The position numbers and the translations under genes are program-made. DNA of 64,000 bases from Mizuhopecten yessoensis (lineage: Eukaryota), in the NCBI RefSeq assembly GCF_002113885.1, contig NW_018406620.1:252680-316679 (forward strand). Direction: 5' to 3'. The first letter of the stretch is position 1, and each line of letters starts with the position of its first letter. Under the pieces are notes generated by a model. That model made no database searches. It was not told where the DNA came from and saw only the letters and a program-made list of their open reading frames with translations. Below, in pieces: positions 1 to 12,500 of the stretch.

Positions 1-399
1 GCACAAGGAGAATAAGATCAGGTGTTCTTATTTGTTGTAGTTTCCTTTGTTTGGCTTGTTGCATCGATTTCCTAATGTTAAATAAGTGCTTGTATGATTG
101 TATATGTTTCTGTCGGCTAACATAAGGATATACACTCTTACGTTATGTATCAAAACCAAATAATACATCGCTTGTCCAATGATTCGCTGTTGAATATAAA
201 ATATCATTCGTGGATTTGGGATGACTTGTTCGTATTTTCATTATATCAATACTGATTTGGTTAAATAAAGTTTGTCAGGTAATGTGTTTTTCTTTCCATT
301 TTTACTACTTACAATATAAACCTCCATTGTATAGAGGCTCCACGAAAATAGTTAAAAGCATATAAATACAAAAAAATATATAAAAGTTTCCCTTTGTAG

Positions 400-574
400 G
401 TGAAAATAGCCCAGCAGTTTAACGCAACAGGTATCATTATGTACACTGATCCGGCTGATTTTAATATGGGCAACTCAACTTACCCAAACAGCTGGTGGCT
501 CCCCGGGAGTGGGGTCCAGAGGGGGACCACGGGGCCCGACGGGGACATGCTGACCATGTTCTATCCAGCTAAAG
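400..574 (+). CDS. NAALADase-like exon (PA/apical domain) VKIAQQF...MFYPAK
   Basis: Acceptor tttgtag/G, donor G/gtaatg; contains [10 protein letters not shown] and [11 protein letters not shown]. Confidence 0.92.
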
Positions 575-3500
575 GTAATGTCTACCTGTTGTCAACCTGA
601 CCTCAAAACGAGATAGAATTGGCGCAATAAATGTCACAATGTGAAAAGAAATGATAACAGAAAACGCAAACAGGATTATTATTATTTCTCTGCTATAAAA
701 CATGTTACCTTTGTCTCATAAACGTATGATCTAACTTCAATTAGATGATTGATCCGTCTCCTCTCGAAATTATCATTCACCCCTAAAATATCATAATTAA
801 CTATTCCAATCTTTGAATTGGAGGAGTTCAAATGTGTCTCCAGGGGTGAATGGGTTAACAGAATTATTTTTTTCTAACTTGAGGCTGTGACAGAAAAATC
901 TTCAGCCCAAGGGTAGATTTATTTGGTTTCCTAAACAAATTATTGCGAGACTTCATGTGCGTATTTGCAAACTTTATAGTATGAGGGACATGAACAGTCA
1001 TGATATATTGTTTTATAGGACTAGTTCTATGACTTGTTGAGATATTAGGAATCCGTTAAAACTTTACATAGTTTCTATATCATAATCGAGATCATCACGG
1101 CGGTACATTAATACCACGAATTCGCTTGTTCAGTTGCTATATAAGTACATTACCGTTTCACTTTGAGGACAGGAATCGCTTCTTTAGTTCTTTTGTAGTT
1201 CTTATGAAGATTATCTTTAAATATGGTAAATATGGCACATCTTTCTTTGAAGATTATACCTACCGCATTCCTAAAAGTGAAAGTTGGATAAGCGATTCTA
1301 CGATTCCTGCGCAGCCTATTGGCTATGGAGACGCACAGCAGTTTTTGAGGTGAGAACGATTAAATCATTGACATACCATGCATAAAGTTGGTTTTTTTTT
1401 TAAATAATGAATTAAAAAAAAAAAGCTAATGTAATTGCTCTTGTTAGCGCGAATGGAAGCCCGCAGAGGGTCGTAATGTATAAGGCGAAATGAGTACTTG
1501 AGGAAACCAACTTTTCACGTCCAATCGGGGAATCGTACCCCGGTCGTCTATAGGTAAAAATGCGAATATCTACTGCGCCATCATTACACCCATATATTTT
1601 GAATCAAGCTAGAATTTAAGAGCAGATGGCTATGATGCTGACGCGTAAATTAACGTTTGATATTGCTTCACACCAGCAGTACTTGCGATTAACGTCATAA
1701 TTTGACGACACGAAGAGAGTGTGCTTAGTAATTCGAACTGATAAAGTTTGCCGGAAATGACGTCATAAAAGTGAATGAGGAAGTGGAAATCCTCAGTCGA
1801 TCAGATTGTAGGACGTAACGTATAGAATGACTTAGGCATTTGTGATATCATCCTCTTACGAAGTATTTCAATGGCGATATGAAAAAGATTTAAAATAACA
1901 CTGAAACGGAAAATGTTTTACCTATTTAAATTTTTCGCGTAATATGTACAGGTATACAAATGTATGAATATCTGGAATATTAAATTAAATATTTGTGCTT
2001 CTTGATCTAATCGAATAAACATCTGCGATACCAATGAATTTGAAATAATAAGGTTAAGGTCTCCTCGTAATGAAAAGCCTTGAGCGAACTCTTCCTTTTT
2101 TGTTCTTTGTTTCTATAAAGCTGACACAACTTTGAAGCTGTCGGCATTCATAATTAATCCCGTATAATGTTCTTTTCAAAAATTTGTGTATTTTGCCTTT
2201 GCTCGTACAGAAATTATTGTACTGCTCTTCATGGTATTTAAAGTGTACATTCCATCCTCTTCAAATTATCTGATCCAACGCTCTAGATTTAAACGGTCGT
2301 TCCTTTAAGATATTGAATCCTTTTCCACGAATGATTTAATAGCTTTACTCAAAATTACAATGTCAATTTAAACAGATTAATCTGGAGGTGAAGATAATTT
2401 TCAACGTAACGACCTCTCTTTACCAGTGCGGACTGGCTAATGTTTCCACGATATTACTGATAGTGCACGATTCATACGTGCATACTATTCCACGTGATAG
2501 TAAGAGCATCCCATAATACTGGGCGAAACGTGACATGTGGCCTAAATAATCTTTGCATTGTATTAACCTGTGGTTTCGAAGGTGATCTTCCGCGCTGTCC
2601 CAACTAATACACTTCGTGTTTAAAATGAACTCTGTATCGGATAAGCCAGTTTGACAGGGGACATCCCCCTCTGTTACAGCAAGATTTATACCACGTTGAC
2701 GAAGTACTTCATCATTCATAAATAGATCACGACCTTCCTGTGTTGTCATTATTTGACCTATATCCACTTATGACGAACAATTGACTGTGTCCGTATCAGT
2801 AACTATTAAGTCAACACAAGGAAGACCCTTGTAGTGTTGAAGATATTCGTCTTATTCATCCCGTCACATATATTGTACAAGGCGACAATATGGGGGCTCC
2901 ATGCTTAACATACGCATCTTCTTGGAGAATTAGGGAAGGGGGGGGGGGCGCATTTAAGAGAGCAAATATGATCTGTTGCATTTATGGCAAATCTTTTGAT
3001 ATTATCCTTGCCCTTTGTTTCCATATTGATTTTTATTTAGTAATGTCTATATTTACATCAGTTGCCGTATTACTTCAATGTGTCCGATGAAATACACAAC
3101 TCGTTATGGTACATATTATGACGCAGAGGTGCATATATACATGTACATTCACCGACTTTTGTTGTTTAGTGTAAAAGTAATGTTACGACCGGATTAACAA
3201 CACAGATAACATGTAATAGACTGCTTCAGTAAAGCATTGCATAGTGTTAACGATGGCCGAAACTAGTACAGTACTTAATGTGACAAAACTATTGTCACCA
3301 AATATGGCGACACTTTCAAATTATTTGTGTAATTTAACATCAATGTATACAATAAAGTCTTTTTTATTATTGAATGGCCTTGTAGTTGATGATATTATAA
3401 TGTTTATCAGAAGTTAATAGTTTCAATAGAATACCAAGCAGAACCATTGACCCATTTATCAGCCAAATAATCTACTACATGTTTTTCAAAACTATTTTCA

Positions 3501-6500
3501 ACCTACAATAGAATACATCTTTAAATGTCATCACTTTGTGGCAATTTCAAATTGTACCCATAATACTCCAACGCCGAACACCGCATGGTTTTTTGAAATG
3601 TGCTTATATGTTAGAACTAAGCGGAGTGTTCTCAACATTGAAAACAATCCTAATTTATATTTGTAGGTTGTCTGGCTCAACTCGTCATAGATAAGGTTTT
3701 AGATCAATATTATGATTGAAACGCCGCATACTTGTCTTTTATAAAACGCTTCCTCTTTTTAGACCCTAAAATGAAATTTTATTAAATATCTTTGACTGTA
3801 TATAATGATACTCTTTTCGTCACCTAGATTTATTACATATATATATATCGATTGAATGACTTTTGTTACAATTTCATCTAAACATGAACATTGAAAAAAT
3901 ACTATTTAATCCGTATATTTACATTCTAAATGTCGGAACGATGAACAGAATTAGGTGAAAGACAAGACGAGGTTTCTAAGAAAGATGACATTAGTAAAGT
4001 TCAGTCAGCCATATTTTCAGTGAAGAGAGGATTACATTGAACGGACAACAAAAACACAGCACATGCATGACTCTAACCACTAACATACAGTCCGTCGGAT
4101 GGGACTATAAATGGTGGCCCGTGTGAGAACTGTCCAATCTCGCACGGAAAAGATCCCTCTGAGTTTTTTGAAAAAGAGTAGGCGCGTAAACGCCGACACA
4201 GAGGATAGTGTAAGCTTTGTTTCAAATTTTCGGCCAATAGAACTAGGGTCTCTTTATTAAGACATTTAGAAAGACTTCTAATTGTATATAAAAACCAACA
4301 TTCATAGAATAGGCAGGGGCTAGTGTAGCTTGCGGCGGCACAGTACCTCACTTCCGGTCCAGCCTTGGTGATACTATACGACGAGTGTTAGGTTAAGGCA
4401 TTATTATGCATAGAATCAGTCTTACAAAAACTAGACTTTTACAGTTAATACATATAGGATAGACGGCTCCTTCTTTAACCTATCCCCCTCTTCTACTCTT
4501 CACTCCATACTTTATCCCTTCTACTCATTTTCCTTTCTTTTCTTCGTCTGCTGGATAACCGAGCTACTCGGTAGTGAAGCGGACGTAAAACCTATCAATC
4601 AATCAATCAATCAATCATTCTAAATGTTTAGTTCTTATTGAACTTAATACATATATTCTCTTGTATTTTCGAAACTAAAGTGTACAAAGCGTTCATGGAA
4701 CAGCGTAACGTCACCGAAATTCTCGTTTCTGATTGTTTTCTCTTATTAATCGAGACGGGAGGAGATGCTTCAAATGACGCTGATCAAATTGCGTTCATAC
4801 CTCTATGAACGCAATTTCGTCTGGTAATGCTTGTAGAGGAACGTGCAGGGGAAATGAAAATATACAATGTTGTTTGCGATTTGATTTTGAATTTTATCAT
4901 CATTTGGTGTTATCTGTGAAACGCAATACCTTAACTTAAACGTAATAATCTTATATAATGTTTATTCATGTTGTTTTACCTTCGTCTTATATCTGGTTTT
5001 AGTGCTATGAAAGGAGAAGAGGTTCCCGTATCGTGGAGAGGCAAACTACCTATCAAGTATAGGTTCGGACCAGGTTTTACAAACACTAGTTTGTAAGTAT
5101 GACCTTTCTTCCTTCAACAATTTTCAAAGAAAGAATAAAAGATTAGGAAAACTTCTATGCGCTGCATTATAAATCCTTTGTTCTTCAAATATATGTAATG
5201 TATCTTTCTGCAGTTCGTAAGAAATGAAAATCATCTTAATTCAGTAAGTAAAAAGGAACATTTATCTTATTGCAGTAGGCTAAAAATAAATACTCATTTT
5301 AATACAGTAAGTAAAAAGTAAAATTCCTCTTACTGCAGTAAATAAGAAATAAAGTGTATCTTACTGCACTAGGTAAAAAGAAAAAATCATCTAACTGCAA
5401 TGTCATTTTCAATTGACATGCGTGAAAATTAAGGGCTGCCTCTATGTCCACAGATAGGAACCATAGATGCATTATGTATTCAATGACTATCATAGTCTAG
5501 TGATTTTCAACAAGCTCGAACAACACTTTATTATAATAAGAAATAAGTTCGTTTGAAATACATCTCTTACTAGTTTTCTTATATAAACGTGGAAACGTTT
5601 CTTGCAAGTTGAAATCTTAGGCCGACTGCATGTCTTAAATGGTGATTAATGTGGAGACCCTATACACAATCGGAGGTGATTAATGTGGAGACCCCATACA
5701 CAATCGGAGGTGATTAATGTGGAGACCCCATATACAATCGGGGGGTTTCTTCTCTGTTTTTACAAAGAGAACATCGGAGAGACCAAAACCGACCTGCTCC
5801 CCCATCAGAAGAACACTTGGTATCTGTCTTTCCTTTTCTTACCAACTGTTACCTTAGGGTGGTATCTTCAGGTTCCCAAGGATGTCAAACCTCAAACACA
5901 CGAACATAACTATTTTATTTCAACTTTTTACTGTTTCAACAGGAGCGCACGTCTCACCGTTAATAACTTCGAGGAGGTGAAGACAGTGAGAAATGTGATT
6001 GGATACATACGAGGGGAGGTAGAACCAGGTACCGTATATTATCTCAATGCTGATATAGGTTTTGATGGCCAAATATAGCTGATTGATTGATTTATGTTCT
6101 TTTAACCCACTTGGAAAGCGTTGAAAAAATGACAATGGCAATATAGTAGACGAACCGAATATATTCAAGATTGCGAACTTTCTATTGATAAAAGTTTTGA
6201 TTGCCAATTATAGTTGATTGATTGATCTATGTTGTGTTAATCCATTCGGAAAGTGTTAAGAAGATGACAATGACAATATAGTAGACGAACCAAAAAAAAT
6301 TCAGATGCCGAACTTTCTATTAGTTCAACTCCTGAAAACGCATAAGATACACAGAAACTATAGATTCGACATTTGGACGCACTTCATACACCCATGCAAT
6401 CACTTCATTTCTCATAGACATCATATGGGACTAGGTAGGATTTTAGGTAATAGATTAAATGGAGAATCGTGAATAAATATATTGGTATTTTGAAACAAAA

Positions 6501-9500
6501 AGTGTAGTGTTTTGCTTAAAAGATACAAAATTTATGATTTAGCGTGATATTTTGTTTGTTAGACCGGTATGTGATGTTGGGGAACCATCATGATTCCTGG
6601 GTGTTTGGGGCTATAGATCCCCTCTCCGGGTCAGCGGCTCTCACAGAAATCATCCGGGTCTTTGGAAATCTTCTTACGCAAGGTAAGCTCCTTTCCACTA
6701 AATGAAATGACGTCATGCCATTTTTTAATGACAGCATACCATATCATACTTGCCATTTTTTTGAATTTCCATGAGGGAGATTCTGCATGCTGAAAATCAA
6801 ATCCAGCATAAATGTGTGTTTATACCCCTTTGAGACAAAATAACCCTTTAAAAAACATACTTAGGGTTGTTCTTTTAGATGAAATAATAAAAATAGAAAA
6901 ATATTCACTTATGTAATATGCTAACCTTAAGGGTAAAAAATCGGGAGTTTTCCTCCTTAATAGGGAGATTGGTAAATTTGCCATACATAATGATATCAAT
7001 CTATATACTATGACGACCTTAGATTATTAAGTTACATATCATACTTGCTTTGCCAAGGCATATGCTCATCTTCTGACGATATCGAAGGCGCGATGCCCAG
7101 TCATTTCAATGTATACTTAAATATGACAATGCCCTGTCGCTTATGTCGTTTGCTACTTTTTATTCTGCCAACCTATTTCATTGTCCTGATTTATTTTTCC
7201 CATAACATTTCAATAACAACATCCTCAAAATATCGCCAAACGCATTTTATAATGCCTAATTGGGCACTCTACATTTCGATTATGAAGGACTAGAAAAAGA
7301 GCCATGATAGATTCTACTATAGTCATAATATGCTGTATGTATCTTAACTTGAATTAAGTCATGGTTCGGACATTATGCTTACCACTACACGTGAAACATA
7401 TTACTTGCATGTTTGTAGGGTTAAGGCCCCGCCGAACACTGGTGTTCGGGTCATGGGGAGCGGAGGAGCATGGTCTGATAGGATCTACAGAGTGGGTAGA
7501 GGTAAGCTGACATTGTGATCCTCCTATTTATTCTTGATTTTGACTAAAATACAATATATGCAGTTTATTCCTGGTCAAAATGAACACTGAAGATAATGCA
7601 TAGTGAATTAAATAATACACGTTAGTATCAAATAGCATTTGCTAAATGCTATTAAATTCTTTCATATATTATAAGGGTCGATTTATTCAGGTCAACCAGA
7701 GACTGTACCGAATGTTTTACCAATTTATCATCCACGGAAACAGAATTATTTATTCAACTACTATAAAGAATTTTTCTCACCTATCTAATATCAAAATAAA
7801 AAATTTCACTCTTTCAACCCTCAACAACGGTCGCCATCTTGCAGTTTCCTTTACTATATTTTAATGATTACACTTAAACTGTCAAACTGTTCCTCGCAGA
7901 AAGCTCCCCGGAGTTACTCCCCTTTGTAACAGTATTCTTATGATTTGTGATCAGCCCTGGCGAGCATTGATATCCTACCAGGACAAAGGTTATCTATTGC
8001 ATCATGTACATGTAACAAAATAATGTCTTACTATAAAACGGTTCAAATCGAATGAACAACAGGCAAATGATACAATTTCATTAGAGAAAAGGAACTATTC
8101 CTTTTTCGTTCATGTATATTTCTAAGACTGAATTAATATTTCTCTCAGGAACACATGAAAGTGTTGTACGAACGCACCGTTGCCTACCTTAATGTTGACT
8201 ATGCCTGCGACTACCCTTACACTCTAGTAGCAGGTTCCAGTCCACTGCTTCAGGATTCATTGTATCAGTCAGCCAAAAAGGTAAGTCAAATTGTGTCAAC
8301 ATTTCCAAAAGAAAACTATGATATTCTTGTACATTAGTCATTTCATCTTTGATACTCCAGGGTTAACGCTCACTGTCGCTCTCTGCATCCTTTCAATAAA
8401 TGACGGCACGCGGCTAGGTATTTGACTGTTCTCGGGTAATAAAAAACTTGAATAATCGCGAGTCTGATACCTGTCCTTGGTATATTACAGAGGAGAGACA
8501 CCTGACTTCAAAGATAGTCTATTTTACCGTTACGCGACCGAGAGGTTCATTTGATGTGCGTTTAAGGATCAAACTAATCTGCTTGTCGCATCAGCAATGT
8601 GGTCACACTGAGCCGTCGATTTTGCATTGACATATTCCGGTGGTGTAGAGAGCATAAATGAGCATAGCCCCTTTTGGAGTATTGAGGATATGGTCATTTA
8701 CACATTGAAACCTTTTGAGGAAGCATACTTAATCGAATGTTGTGAAATAAATATTATCATTACAATCGACCAATGATTTAATACATATTACACAACGTCA
8801 ACACAGCATTAAAGTCTCACATTACGTTATTTCTAATTCTAGTTTAGAATACATAAACCAGTATTTAGGAGCCCCGTTCCACTGCCAAAACCAGTAAATA
8901 GGCACTAGAAACCGATTTTCCGGGCATTGGTATAACTTCATACTTTGCGGGACTTTATGAAAAATAAATGAGATTTATTAAACAAGCAAAATCTCAACAA
9001 CAGCATTCTGCTTGTAAAAACAACATGGGGTCTAGACCGGGATTCGAACCCAGAAGAACTTCATATTGTTACACTATCGTCTAACCAGCTACTGTAAGCG
9101 GCAGTGTCCTGGTCCAGCTGTACTATTCCGTCTTTGCATATTGCAGAGTTATCTTCTCTTGTGAGCAGGTATTGATTGTTACGTCATTGGTTTGTGTGAA
9201 AAAATTACGTCGTTTTCTCAAAAATTGATGACGTTACTCTCACAAACCAATGACGTAACAATCAATACCTGCTCACAAGAGAAGATAACTCTGCAATATG
9301 CAAAGATGGAATAAGTATATCCACAAACACAATAACACAGCTCTATGGGACAGGGATCCATAAAACCCGATGTCTTATTAAAACATATTTTACACAAAAA
9401 TGTAAACATATTCGAATTTTATTAAGGTACCAAATCCAGAAAAGAACAGCCCGTATAAGACATTGTACGATGCATGGAACGTTCGTTTGCCGAACAGTGA

Positions 9501-12500
9501 CAAAACTGAACCAAGGTAGGTAACTCTAACATCGTTTACGAAAGAGTATTTTATCACGTGTTATCGCTTTGAAATAAAACCCAGTTTGAATTATAACACT
9601 TAAAAGAAATCGTAAAATTTAACTAAAACGGGTTTCCGAACATAGCCATATAATATGGGAATCGCTATATATCCGTTCGTCCGTCCATCTATCCTTGATC
9701 TTTGCAAGGGCAACTCCTCCAAAACCACGTGTTGGGTTTGTTGTAACTTTGACAATAAAAGTACACTGTTTGTAGGTATTCATGAAGAAGGCAATTTGCT
9801 ATTCGACTATTTTTTCTTGAGAAATGGCGCTTAAAACTTTGTTTCCCAGACTTTGTGACCCAGAGATCTGCAATTCGTTCTTAACGGTGTGTTGGACGTT
9901 GGTGTCACTTAGAACGGTAAAACTGCATCCTATGTCAATGTGCGTGATTCGACTATTTTTCTTGCAGGGGTGTATCTTTGTAAGCTCGCTCACGATTTAT
10001 GTTGTTAAACATTGATATATATACTAACTTATATTGAACACAGTTCTATTGACATACAATGATGACTAGCTCATATCTTCAATCAGTTTAAACGTATTCG
10101 GCGTCATCTGTTCATGCATGAATGAACTTTGCCCAATAATATGTTAATCTACCGATGTTTATGTTGTATTATTCTTTTAATGATATAAGTGTACAGAACT
10201 TGATTTTGAATCGAGTTTACTTTGTACTGTTTTTCCAAAATGTCACCTGTAATCTAATCATTATTATTGTTGTTCTCAGCGTTTATTACAGCCTTGGATC
10301 TGGAAGCGATATGGCGACTTTTTACCAACGTGCAGGCGTCCCGAGTGTGGACATGTGGTTCACGTATGACGAAGTAAGTGGTTTATTAACCTAAGCATGC
10401 TTTACATTGGGAAACAAGTAAATATTATCTAAATCCGCATATCAAAATTAGTTTGCATTAAAAAGGTGGTATTTTTCATGTCTTTAATTCTTTTATATGT
10501 TGCTCTGCAAATGTGTCATCATCATTTCCCATTGATTCATCATTTTTTTGAACGCCACTTGATGTTAGACAATGGAAGACAACTGTTAGAATAAAACATT
10601 TTGATAACGTTAGGCTTTTACGGGAATATCGTTAGCCCTGACGTCAAAGACTCTTCAATACCGAAACTAAAAACGGTTGACCTATAAAAAGATCATTAAT
10701 AACAAACAGAAAACTAGCGCAATGAATATAAGACAAAAAAGACATTTAAGACATGTAGTTTAAAGCAAGTTCGAAAATTTCATTTCAACTCAACCACAGT
10801 TGTTTTACGTAAGAAAACGTGTATTATACATCGTCCAGTATCGTTGTACATTGTTAACACAGTATAGAAACGAATGCATTGTCTTAAAATAATTTCCAAA
10901 CTTTTTGTTCATTTTGTTGTTCCAGAACAGATGGGATATCCTGTCTTACCCAACGTACCATTCTGCCTACGAGACGTTTGAGATGTTCTCAAGATTCATC
11001 GACCCCAACTTCAACTACACACTAGCGATGGCTCAAATGTGGTCCGTCATGGCGTGGTAAGTTCTGTATTCACGAAAAAGATATCACTTTTAGAACAACT
11101 CACAACATGTTTTTCAATATACGAATAAGCATATGTAAATATTTATTGTTCGCGTGTACCTTGTTTCGCTACTTATGCCTTTAGCAATAGAAAAGATACA
11201 CTTTATATATTGACAGTAAAACATGATGATTATAATCCTGATTTGAATTTGGGAAACGGTCTCCTTGCGAATTGATACGAAAATTGATCTGTTGAGAACA
11301 TGCTTGTATAAACAAGTGAAAAATATTTGAGCCTTCTGAATATCATTGTAACACTCACGTTATACAGGCACTCTATTAGCTACCAATTTCCAGTTCTTTA
11401 ATATCTAGACCGTTACACAGGAAAATCATGGTCGGATTTTTCTGTTTTTAATATACTTAACTGTGATTTCATACAACTAAATATTGGTGGCGTATATAAA
11501 CAAAGTCGGCGGGAAAAGTAAGATCAAAGAGGATTATTCACTTTAATATTTGTAAAGTATTGTTTTTAATCCAGGGACCTTTCTAATGTGGAACTTCTGC
11601 CATTCGATGCTACTCGGTATGCCACTGCTATACAAAATTTCGTCGCCAGTCTTAAAAAGGATTTCGGCGTCGTATGGCACCAGCAGAACGTCAATATAGG
11701 TGATTAATATAAAATGAATTTGAAAACATCATTAGAAATTATACGTTTTCAAAAATATATCTGTCGGATTTAAAAGCGCATGTTATAATCGTTATGCGTT
11801 TAAAAACATTTCACTAAAGTGAAATTGTACAGAAAAAAACAAAACAAGAGAGTACCAAAGATAAACGATGCTAACTCTTTATACATTATTAATTAGACAA
11901 AAGAGAAGCGGGCGATTTATACCCTGGTTATCGATTTCTTCATCAATTATCGATTTATACTCGATTTATCGATTGTCCGAAATATGTTCCAATTTTCTAT
12001 TAACTTTCATGCAATTTCAAATGCAAAATACATTATTTTCAACCCTGTCTTACCCCCACACACCCACCCACCCTTTTTTAACCGTATGTCTCAAAATGAT
12101 TATGGCGGGTTGGTATCTACCTCTTTACAGCTTCATTTTTGCCTTATTTCCTTATATGTCCTTTAAATGAATTATTTTTAAATATGCTATTATATATAAA
12201 CATACAGATGCCCTAGATTCCGCAGTAAGGAATCTTACTACCAGCACAAATACCTTCAAGAACAAGATAAACTCACTGGCAGATAGAAGGTACGTTACAC
12301 GGTTTTATTTAGAAACTTTTGGTAGCATTGGTGTTATTTACAATGAATTATATAACGTTTTGATCGCTGGAACATGAATTTAATACGCAATTTATCGTTA
12401 AATTTAAGTTTGTTGATTACATTTCAGTTTGATTGGTTTGAACACAGTTGGCTCTATAAATTTGATGTCCTTAAATATGGGGTTTGGTTTTAACTTCTAA

